NCBI GenBank assembly: GCA_973851085.1 | Contig: OZ316776.1 | Span: 6,944,001 to 7,008,000, forward strand | Source: Ptychomitrium polyphyllum | Taxonomy: Eukaryota | DNA: 64,000 nt | Direction of reading: 5' to 3' | Shown here: one piece after another, positions 14,101 through 25,078 of the stretch | Layout of the letters: the number at the start of each line of letters is the position of its first letter | Position numbering within the stretch: position 1 is the stretch's first letter | Position numbers and translations under genes: made by a program | Notes under the pieces: model-generated | Database searches by the model: none | What the model saw: the letters and a program-made list of their open reading frames with translations, nothing else | What the model was told of the DNA's origin: nothing

Positions 14101-16652
14101 TTGAGTAATCAATTAACGGCTGCTGCAACCATGTCCCATGTCATGAGCCATTCATACTTCATGAATACATATTCATGCATATACTTTATCATATATTAGA
14201 CTAGTTGCTTATACATATATGAATTTTTGATAATACAAGTGCATTCTATATAGGATGACATGTTGGATTTCATTTACCTATTTCCAACATCACACCTCCT
14301 ACATCACTTATATGTCAGTATATACCAATTTCTTGCCTTGAACTTATTGATTTAATGGTTGGACAATATGAATTTTAAATGTCTAGCACCTACTATGCTA
14401 CATTAGGCAACAAACATGATTGAAGCAATTAAGTTCCAAATCAAGTCAACAATATTTTATATTGTGGCACATTTAAGCATGATACAAGAGTGTTTTTGTT
14501 TTGTTTTATTTTAAAATTACATGTTTACTTTGGCTATTATAAAGACTTGTATTATAATTCTAATATGTTATACCATTTATCTTTTACATGCCATAATCCA
14601 TTAAAATTTTGGTTTAAAATCAAATTTATTGTAAAATTTAATGGTAAAATAATCAAATAAAATTCATATCAATTACTTTGACATAGAATATATGAGCCTA
14701 AATTTATTTTTTAATTTGTATAATACCACACTATAGTAGTACGGGCACATTGGAGGTAGAATTTGTTTTAAAAGTCCAAAGTTTACATTATCTTTCCAAA
14801 TTGAAGGCAATTTTTGATTGAAAAAAAAAATGAAGTGTAAATATAGGTTGTGATAATAGATAAGTTGGAAAACCATGTATAGATGGAAATAAACAAAATG
14901 ATGGATTTGTGAGAATCATCAAACAATAGCAAATTTGTTTCCAATTGTTTTAAGCATCTTTGGTATTGCATTGAAAAACTTTCATCTTCCCTCATCTACA
15001 TCTTCCATTTACTACTTTTTTGGCTACTACAATCTTTATTGACTCTACATGCCATTACAATCTTCACATCACAACAACATCTTTTAATATTTGTCCAATA
15101 ATTAAAGAAATAGAATATGGCTAATTTTGACATATATCCTATATCCATCACATATGTTATTCTATCTTTTGCAAATACAAATACAACCACAAAAATAAAT
15201 AATGGTCGAACAAACCTCACGGCTTCGTATGCAAAGATAAAAGTGAAAATCTATATCTTGATTTTTATTACAATGTTGTGGCAAAGTTGCATCTATAGAG
15301 ACAACTAGCAATTTTATAAAAATTATTTAGCAAATATAGAGAAAGAATGATCAAATGCTATTTCAAATCTTTACATAAACATAACACAATAGTATTTCAA
15401 TTTAAGTTATGACCATTCATTCTATCTACCATTCATTGTGTAATTGAGTGTTATAAATTATAAATTACATGATGTAATCTTTTTTTAAATATATAATTTT
15501 TTGTTTGTTTGTTTTTTTATACTAAATTTAATTGTCTTCAATCTAATATGCACTTCCATAGTTGATATGATGTGCAATTAAATGACTTAAAGGATGCTTC
15601 AAATGAAACAATACTTTTTAAAATCAAATATGTTTTGATGTTTAAAAAAACTAAAAGAGGTTGTGTTCCATTGGTAATTTATATTTTACATCTTATATAA
15701 TGTAGAATCAAATGGTATGTATTATAATTTCTACAACAATGGGTGTATGTTTCTATAATTTTTTTCTTCACTTTCTTTTATCAACCATTTATTTTTAAGT
15801 CATGAAAACACCTAATATCTAGAATACAATGTAATCTATTATTATGTGGAATAAAAATTCATGGATTTTTATTTACACAGTGTATAATTTTTTAAAACTT
15901 AGTTATATATAATATTATCAAATCTATATTTTTCATTCTAAGACCATAAATTCCATCCATTTTACATTATTGCACTTAATATAATGGACGTTTTTTTTAA
16001 AAATAAATTAATTGTTTATTTATTTAAAAACTTGAGATTTAACAATAACTAATAGCTTCAAATTTTATATAAATATATGTGCAAGCGTGCATGTAAATAC
16101 ATATCTATTATTATCCATAAATAATTTTCAATTAATCAATTTACTCATTTTTAATTGAACCATGATAAATATTAAATTCAAGCTTTCAACTTCTAACATA
16201 TTTTATTATATAATTATCAAATCTGTTAATATAATTTATGTTTCTATTTAATTAGATATTTCATATTGCTAATTATGTATATAATCTAAAAATGTATATT
16301 GTTATTATGATAATAATAAAAAGGTTTAATTATTTTTAACATTTAGCATATTTATATTGTACAATAAATTATATTATTATTATTATTTATTATTCATAAT
16401 TAATATAATATGTTCTTTGGATTTATTTGATATTGAGGCCTTTTAATAATGAACATTTATATGTATAAACCTACTTTTATTTCTAAAAGTTCTTAAAATA
16501 TTTTTTAACTTGTTATTGGTGCAAATTAACCAATTAGTAATAAAATAGTGGTTTACTAGTATCATAGACATAAATCATGCAACATAATCTTTAGAATCTT
16601 CTAAAACCTTATGGTACATCGTAGTAGCTTCTTATAATACTTTCAATGCTTC

Positions 16653-17308
16653 TGTCACGGATATAAATCATGCAACATAGTCCTTAGAACATTCTAGAAC
16701 CTTCTAGTATACTAGAATAGTTTCTTAGAATACTTTTAGATGTCTCCATAGCCTTTTTATGTTTTTGGGAAGCTTCCCAGGAAAGTTCCTTTACCTTAGA
16801 AAACTTCCTAGGAAGGTTCTATCATCTTAGGAAACTTCCTAGGAAACTTCCTAGGAAGGTTCCATCACCTTAGGAAACTTCCTAGGAAACTTCCTAGGAA
16901 GGTTCTACCTCTTCAGGAAACTTCCTAAGAAGGTTTCGCTACCTTAGGAAATCTCCAAGGAAGGTTCCAACTCCTTGGAAGCTTCCAAAGAAGGTTCCAA
17001 TTCCTTGGAAGCTACTTAGGAAGGTTCCAACATCTTAGGAAACTTCTTGGGAAGGTTCCTTAGACTTCCAGAACATTCTTAAGCCTTGTAGGAAGCTTCT
17101 TTAGAAGTATCCTAGGAGATACAAACGTCCTAGTATAAATAGGAGGCAAGACAAGGTATTCCTTAGTCTTGCCAACACAAGTTGTGGATCATCTTGAATC
17201 CTACCTTGTTCTAGTCTTTGTATCAACTTCTTGTTAATCATTAGCTCTTTGGAAGCTAATTCTTGGGAAACACTTCGTTTCTGCTTCTTGTTTCTTGTGT
17301 CCCTAACA
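16653..17308 (+). repeat. 5' LTR (656 bp)
   Basis: TGTCACGG...CCCTAACA, TATAAATA at 17134, tandem GGAAACTTCCTA units. Differs from the 3' LTR by two C/T substitutions, a 1-bp indel and one 43-bp repeat unit. Confidence 0.97.
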
Positions 17309-17543
17309 GTTTGACAAGACTACTTTTCATCTTTGTCAGAGCTAAGGTTCTTTGGAGAAGATTGTGGATTACCCATCTTCTTTAGGATTCCATAGCGTTT
17401 TAGAGGTTGCAGATTACCCTCCTCTAAGCTGGCACCATAGAGTTGGTTTCTCCTTCTAGAATCAAGTATTACTTCTTTCAAAGTACGTGGATTTCCTCCT
17501 TTGAAGATACTCATACTCTTTCTGTCTTTGAGAGTCTTAAGAA

Positions 17544-18563
17544 ATGGATAATGTGCCTGGAACATCAGAAAATAGGTTTGCAACTATTGCAGACCTTCAA
17601 GAGTTATTAAACACAGTTCGAACGGAACTCGCCCGTTTTAATACCACCAACAATTTGGAGCAACACACTCGGCAAACTGAAGAATCCAATGGTGATATTC
17701 AAAGCCTATATCAAGAGATTGTTTGATTGCAAGATGCCAATATTGGAAGAGAAGGTTTCCGTTGAACCCACTCAGAGCCAAAGATTAGTATGCCAGACAA
17801 GTTTGATGGATCAAGATCAAAATTGAGAGGCTTTGTTCAACAAATAAGACTCTTCCTTAGTTTGCATCAATCTCGCTATTCTGATGGCACTACTCAAGTG
17901 GGATTTGTGGCCACTCTTTTATCAAACAATGCATTATCATGGTTTGCACCACTAATGGAGAAGTAGTCACCATTATTGAACAACTTAGATGCTTTTATAG
18001 AAGCATTGACATCTACTTTTGGAGGCACCGACCGAGAGAGGGTGGCTGAGACAAGGATCCAGAGTCTCCAACAAGGGCAGCGCTCAGCTGCTACATATGC
18101 TGCAGAGTTTCGACAATTAGCTTGCAACCTTGACTGGAATGATAAAGCCTTGGTCACAAGATTTCGATGGGGCTTAAGAGAGAATGTCAAGGATTTGCTA
18201 CTCACAATGCCAAGAGTTGAAACATTGGACGAATTCATCACTCAGGCAATAGCATGTGACAACAGACTATTTGAGAGGCGCCAAGAACAACGCTTGGGAT
18301 GGCGACCAGTACATCAAAGCATGGGTACCACTTCTTCAAGAGTATCCGAAAGTCGACCGCAAGGACCAGAACCTATGCAAATTGATGCTGCCCAGTTCAG
18401 ACGCTTGATTCCAGAAGAAAAAGAAAGGCGTCAAAGAGAAAACCTCTGCTTGTATTGTGGCAAGTCTGGACATAAAGTGCGTGACTACCAAATCAAAGGA
18501 TCTGCTTTTAAGGCTCAAAGCACAATGGTGGAGTTGGAAAACGAGGCTGTCCAGTCACAGTAG
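17544..18563 (+). pseudogene. gag: gag (retrotransposon gag domain + CCHC-type knuckle) with premature stops
   Basis: MDNVPG...PDKFDGSRSKLRGF...LQQGQRSAATYAAEFRQLA..W..GPEPMQID..CLYCGKSGH. In-frame stops at 17724, 17763 and 17964. Confidence 0.92.
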
Positions 18564-21500
18564 GGACCATGCGATTGGACACCACAAGGAAACCACCATC
18601 AAATCAAGGTCTCTTACTACCTTCAAACCCTACCTCCTGTTTTACATTTCCTATCAAAATTAAATTGTTAGATGATGAAATAATTAGCGAGGCTCTTTTA
18701 GACACTGATGCAACGGCATGTTTTATGGACAAAGATTTTGCAACCAAACATCACATGGTGCTTGTGAAGAAAAAATATCCCGCACCTGTTGAAGTTATTG
18801 ATGGACAATCTCTTGCGTCTGGCAACGTCATTGAAGAAACTCAACCATTGGAGGTTATTTTAGGAGACCAGGCATCTAAGATTGTCTTCAACATCATTCA
18901 ATGCCGAACAAATCCTAGTGTTTTGGGCCTTCCTTGATTTGAATTACATAATCCAGACATTGACTGGCGCTCACGGAGTGTAGTCTCAAGGAAAAGATGC
19001 CAAGGTACGAGAAATCTTGGACCATCGTTTATTGGAGCTAAGGCATTTATGAGAGCGGCGAAGGATAAACCAATCTATGCCATTTATGCCACGCCAATGT
19101 CTAGCTCTACAATAGAGATTAATCAAAACATACCTCGTCAATATCAAGATTATAAAGACGTTTTCGAAAAGAAGAATGCGGACATGTTACCAAAGCACCG
19201 GCCATACGATTGTACCATTGAGTTGCAAGAAGGAGTCCAACCACATTTTGGACCTATTTATAACTTATCACAAACTGAGTTGGCTGCCTTGAGAGAATAT
19301 ATTGATGAAAACCTTGGAAAGGGTTTCATTCAACATTCTAAATCACCTGCTGGAGCACCCATTCTATTTGTAAAGAAGAAAGATGGATCATTACGTATGT
19401 GCGTGGACTATCGAGGCCTCAACAAAGTAACAAAAAGAATTGCTATCCATTACCATTAATCTCACGACTCCTACAACAACTTGGCCAAGCAAAGATATTC
19501 ATCAAAATTGATCTTAGAGGAGCCTACAATCTTGTACGCATCAAAGAAGGAGACGAATGGAAGACAGCTTTTCGATCTAGGTATGGTCATTTTGAATACA
19601 ATGTCATGCCTTTTGGCCTTACTAATGCTCCCGCAGTCTTTCAACATATGATGAATGACATCTTCCATGAATATCTGGATGATTTTGTAGTCATCTACTT
19701 AGATGATATTTTGATATATTCAAAGGATGAACAAGACCACGAATGTCATGTGCAAATGGTCTTAGAAAAACTACGCCAGCGAGGATTATATGCCAAATTG
19801 GAGAAGTGCCTTTTCCATGAATCATCGGTTGAATTTTTAGGCTACATCATTTCCAAAGGAGGAATCTATATGGATAAGAAAAAAATAAACACTGTCACGG
19901 AGTGGAGTACGCCAAAATCAGTTCGAGATGTTCAATGTTTTTTGGAATTTGCAAACTTCTATAGAATATTCATCAAGAATTATTCCAAGATTGCGGCACC
20001 ATTAACACGTCTTACGGAGAAGCAAAAATTCATTTGGGATGAAGAGGCGGAAAAAGCATTTCAAAGTCTTAAGAAGTCATTCACGTCGGCTCCAATTTTA
20101 ATTCATCCAAATCCATCAAAGCCTTTTTATTTGGAAGCGGATGCCTCAGATTTTGCGCCTGGCTCAGTACTCTCACAATATGATGAAGACGGGAGACTTC
20201 ACCCTCTTGCCTTTCGTTCAAGGAAGTTCTCAGCGGCAGAAATCAACTATGATATACATGATAAAGAAGTACTTGCAATTGTGGATGCGTTTGAAGAATG
20301 GCAACACTTATTGGAAGGAGCTCAACATACCATCACAATATACACAGACCACAAAAACTTGGAGTATTTCATGAGTGCGCGCGTTTTGAATCGTTGTCAA
20401 GCAAGGTGGAGTATGTCGCTTTTCAGATTTGACTTTGTCATTATCTACCGATCTGGTAGCTTGCAAGGTAAGCCAGATGCCTTATCTTGAAGATCTTATT
20501 TAGCTCCTCAAGCTGGAGATGATGTTTTGAATCAACAAAGGACTATTTTATTGAAGCCTGAGAATCTTCAATTGAAAGCAGCCATTATTACGACAACATC
20601 CCATTTTGACAAAACTCGGAAGGCTTTAAAGAATGATGTTTTTGTTTCAAATATAAAGAAGCGCCTCAAAAACAATGGAAATCCTTCAAATAGCAATGAA
20701 GAATTTGAATTCCAAAAGGGCCTACTTTATTATAAAGGACTTTCAAGATCCTTCAAGCATCTCATGATTTTCCAGCAGCAGGACATTTTGGATTCAATAA
20801 AACAATGGAGTTGATTGCTAGAGACTATTGGTGGTCACAAATGTGGAAGTACGTAAAGGACTTTATTCGATCATGCGACACTTGTGCAAGAGCCAAGGTA
20901 CCAAGGCACCAACCTCATGGTCTCCTCCATCCGCTTCCAGTGCCAAGGGGCCCATGGTTGTCTTTATCAATGGATTTTATCACGGACCTTCCAAATTCCG
21001 ATTCTAAGGATATTATTTTGGTAGTGGTGGATCGATTTACAAAAATGGCACATTTCATTCCATGCAATAAGACGGTAACGGGAGAAGAAACTGCCAAGTT
21101 GTTCCTAAATCACGTCTACCGCATACATGGACTACCAGATGATATTGTATCTGATTGAGGGCCGCAGTTCATTTCCAACTTTTGGAGGGCTCTATTCCAG
21201 CTGTTGCGTGTAAAGATCAATCTTTCTTCAGCACACCATCCGCAAACTGATTGCCAAACCGAACGTGTGAATCAAATTTTGGAGCAGTACCTTCGTTGTA
21301 GCATAAACTACCAGCAAGACAACTAGATGGACCTCTTGCCTTTGGCAGAATTTGCTTACAACAATACGGTGCACTTTTCAACAACTCAAAGTCCATTCTT
21401 TGCAAACTATGGCTATTATCCTCGAACAGATCCATTTCAAGTGAAGCATGTTGGCAGTCCCGCAGCAGAGGATTTTGCAATTCAACTTGCTAAAATCCAT

Positions 21501-22017
21501 CAAGAAATTACCTTCCAGTTACAATAAGCTCAAGATCGTTACAAAACTTATGCAGATTGCCATCGCAAGGACCATCGAAAGTTTAAGGTTGGAGATAGCG
21601 TATGGTTCCTACGACGAAATATACAGACAAAAAGACCATCAAAGAAGTTGGACTATCAAAGGCTTGGACCGTTTGAAATCAGCAAACAAATAAATCCGGT
21701 TAGTTATTGCTTAAAGCTACCACCAAGCATGCAAATTCATCCAGTATTCCACGTATCGTTGTTGGAAACCTATAACAAATCATGTATACCAGAGAATTGT
21801 CCCTCCACCTCCTCCGCTGGAAATCAATAATGAGATTGAATATGAAGTGGAAGAGATCTTAGATTCACGCATCAAGAATGGACGTGTGGAGTACCTTATA
21901 CATTGGCAAGGATATGGCATCAATGACTGAACATGGGAACCTACAACAAATGTAACAAATGCATCCGAGAAGGTATACAAATTTCATCAAAGATATCCTC
22001 AGAAACCAGGTCAGTGA
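18536..22017 (+). pseudogene. pol: pol (protease, RT, RNase H, integrase, chromodomain) in the -1 frame relative to gag; multiple stops and frameshifts
   Basis: ALLDTDATACF (PR), [24 protein letters not shown] and YLDD (RT), EADAS..YDIHDKE..TDHKNL (RH), SMDFITDLP..VVVDRFTK..QTERVN (INT), [13 protein letters not shown], and [22 protein letters not shown] (chromodomain, 21841-22014). Confidence 0.95.
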
Positions 22018-22616
22018 TGATGTGTCATCAACAGCCGTTAGCTTCACAGAGAAGTTTTTCCTTCATAGACAAGTATAAGAAGGGAGGAGAGATATCCAGA
22101 CCTCCAATTGTATGCAGCGTTATTTCCAAGATAGATCATTTCTAGATCCTAGCCAGTATGTCAAATCTTTGTGTTATCATGGATATGCGTGAAGAGCAGT
22201 CGGCCATGCCTTCATCAACAACAGCATCTGTTGAGCCAACTCAACTTTCTCAGCCCTCGGTAACGGAGGATCTAAGTCAAGATATGAGAGGGACATCCCA
22301 ACGTCGAGTACGACCTCGTGCAGAAGTATTGACTAGTTGCCCTTCACATTCCAGTCTTGATTCAGATGCTCGCGCTCTAGTCATCTTGTTAGAAATTGGA
22401 AGAGTCACCCCTGGAGGACCCGAAATCTTGTTTGGAGGATGTTTTGAAGGACTTAATCAAGATCAGATCTTGGGATGGGACATTTCAACAACAGAAGTCT
22501 TGGCTGGTGGCCATCGGCGTTTCTTGTAAGGACCAGTTGAGCCAGTGAACAGAGAACAACGAGCAGAGTATGTTGCTTCACTCCTTCGACAAATTTTGGA
22601 ATTTGTGGAAATGTGA
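22017..22616 (+). pseudogene. Additional ORF of unknown function between pol and the PPT (~199 codons, two internal stops in this copy)
   Basis: ATG overlaps the pol stop (TGATG). ORF-track pieces ending at 22145 and 22158-22529 are in one frame. TAA 22527 is CAA in the second copy, where the frame has the same 600-nt span (59320-59919). Confidence 0.55.
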
Positions 22617-22671
22617 CAAGCAAGCCAAGAAAACAACTCCTCATGGGACTCGTTGCTAAAAGGGAAGGTGA

Positions 22672-23285
22672 TGTCACGGACATAAATCATGCAACATAGT
22701 CCTTAGAACATTCTAGAACCTTCTAGTATACTAGAATAGTTTCTTAGAATACTTTTAGATGTCTCCATAGCCTTTTTTATGTTTTTGGGAAGCTTCCCAG
22801 GAAAGTTCCTTTACCTTAGAAAACTTCCTAGGAAGGTTCTATCATCTTAGGAAACTTCCTAGGAAACTTCCTAGGAAGGTTCTACCTCTTCAGGAAACTT
22901 CCTAAGAAGGTTTCGCTACCTTAGGAAATCTCCAAGGAAGGTTCCAACTCCTTGGAAGCTTCCAAAGAAGGTTCCAATTCCTTGGAAGCTACTTAGGAAG
23001 GTTCCAACATCTTAGGAAACTTCTTGGGAAGGTTCCTTAGACTTCCAGAACATTCTTAAGCCTTGTAGGAAGCTTCTTTAGAAGTATCCTAGGAGATACA
23101 AACGTCCTAGTATAAATAGGAGGCAAGACAAGGTATTCCTTAGTCTTGCCAACACAAGTTGTGGATCATCTTGAATCCTACCTTGTTCTAGTCTTTGTAT
23201 CAACTTCTTGTTAATCATTAGCTCTTTGGAAGCTAATTCTTGGGAAACACTTTGTTTCTGCTTCTTGTTTCTTGTGTCCCTAACA
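22672..23285 (+). repeat. 3' LTR (614 bp)
   Basis: Direct repeat of 16653-17308, preceded by the PPT and followed by the TSD. Confidence 0.97.
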
Positions 23286-25058
23286 GCTTCTATAGCCATT
23301 CTAATCCTTGTAAAACTTCTTGGGAAGGTTCCACTTCTTTAGAAAACTTCTTGAAAAGGTTTTATAGACTTCTAAACTATTCTTAAACTTTATAAGAATT
23401 TTTTTTACAAGTATCATAAAAAATACAAGCGTCATAATATAAATAGGAGGCAAAACAAGGTATACCCTATTTTTGCCAATACAAGTTGTAGATTATATTG
23501 TATTGTACTCTTGTTCCAACTTTTGTATTAATTCTTGTTAAGCATTAATTCGTTGAAAGTTAATCATTACAAAAGTGGTTCCCAAGGATACAAAAAAAGA
23601 AATAATTGATGGAAAAATTAAGAAAGTATGTAATTAATGCTATGAATGAATTTATAAAAAGAAATAAAAATAGAAATTTGTGAAGAACAATAATATAATG
23701 TGTGATTGAATGATTGAATACCATTTATAAGAATGATTGCATTATAAATTAGAAGTTTGAATTGTGAGTTTAAAAATTGATTTATTACATATGGATACAA
23801 AAAGTATTAAGACCAATTGGAATTAAATAAAATTGTGGTAGAAAATTAATGACTATTAATTAAGGAGATTGTACAAGAAATTATTTGTAAGAAATTGAAA
23901 TGGTACAATGAAACTAATAGCCGATTGCTAATGAGATTTGAAGTAGATTTTGTAAAAATTTCCAATTAAAAAATCTTAAAAGCAAAGAGAGAAGTAACTA
24001 TGTAATATAAAAGTATGGTGAATTGAAAATTGGGATTATTCACAAGCATAGCATTGAACTTACAAAAATTAATTAGAAAATGTATGAATAAAATAAAAGA
24101 TTAATTGAATGTTGAAAGAAGAAGTAATGTTATTACTGCACTTTAACAACAAGCGCCTCTATTTTGTACTAATTAAAAGGACACTAATAAAGCTATTAAA
24201 ATAGAGCTATAAAGATTTATTTATTAGGAAGTTTGCAAACTTACATGTAGATTATTAATCAATCAATTGTCTTTGATTTACAATTACAAACCAATTGGAT
24301 ATTGGCAACAAAAAAATTGATCATTATAATGATTAAAAACCATCTCTCTAATGAATAAAATTTAACTAGAATTTAGTTTAATGTTTTGAAAATTAAATAA
24401 TTCTATAATATGTGTGTATCATCATCCATTTATAATTTGTAATGAACTCACCAATGGCTTTGAAGTACTTGGAATGCTATAACAAATAATTTATGCTAAA
24501 AATTGAAACAAAATTCAAATCTTAAAAAAATAAGAAAATCTAAAATCAATTTTATACAAAATCTACTTAATATCCCTAATAAAATTTAATTGGCAATGAT
24601 AAGACCAAATGATATGAAATTTCTACTAAAAAAATGAAAAATTATCCAAACTGAATTATATTACATCCATCCAACATGACTTGGCATGTAATGCCATGTT
24701 ATATTATAAAAAAATGAACAATAAATGTTAGAAGCTAAAGTCTCTTATTTATATAGAATAATGTATATTTTAAAAGCTTCATAATATATCTTTAGATTTA
24801 AATGACATATTTAGTTTTATCTTCAAATATATCTTTTAAATGTATTTGAATGTATTTTTGAATATATTTGCATAACATGTTGCTTAATTCTATCATTTTG
24901 TAATACATCAAAATGAAATTATTACAATATATTAATTAGATGAATAACATATAATATGTTAAAAAAAAGTTGATACAATTAGATATATATTTGATTAATA
25001 ATACATAATTAATTAATGATTATAATTATCATTTTAAGTTAATTAATTATAAATGTAC

Positions 25059-25078
25059 ATATATATATATATATATAT
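25059..25078. repeat. (AT)10 microsatellite
   Basis: Read directly from the sequence. Confidence 0.85.

Larger units (their letters stand above)
16653..23285 (+). mobile_element. Full-length Ty3/gypsy chromovirus (Tcn1/Tf1-like), coding region disrupted
   Basis: TG...CA LTRs at 16653-17308 and 22672-23285, TSD GCTTC at 16648-16652 and 23286-23290, PPT AAAAGGGAAGGTGA at 22658-22671, domain order gag-PR-RT-RH-INT-chromodomain. Confidence 0.97.
16560..23570 (+). mobile_element. Old degenerate LTR related to the young element, split into 16560-16652 and 23286-~23570
   Basis: TATCATAGACATAAATCATGCAACATA resembles the LTR start TGTCACGGACATAAATCATGCAACATA. The right half carries TATAAATAGGAGG..CAAGGTATACC..GCCAATACAAGTTGT. 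Right end approximate. Confidence 0.75.

Noticed and set aside
16780..17060. Regularly spaced palindromic repeats resembling a CRISPR array
   Set aside because: No unique spacers, no cas genes and a eukaryotic context. These are LTR U3 sub-repeats.
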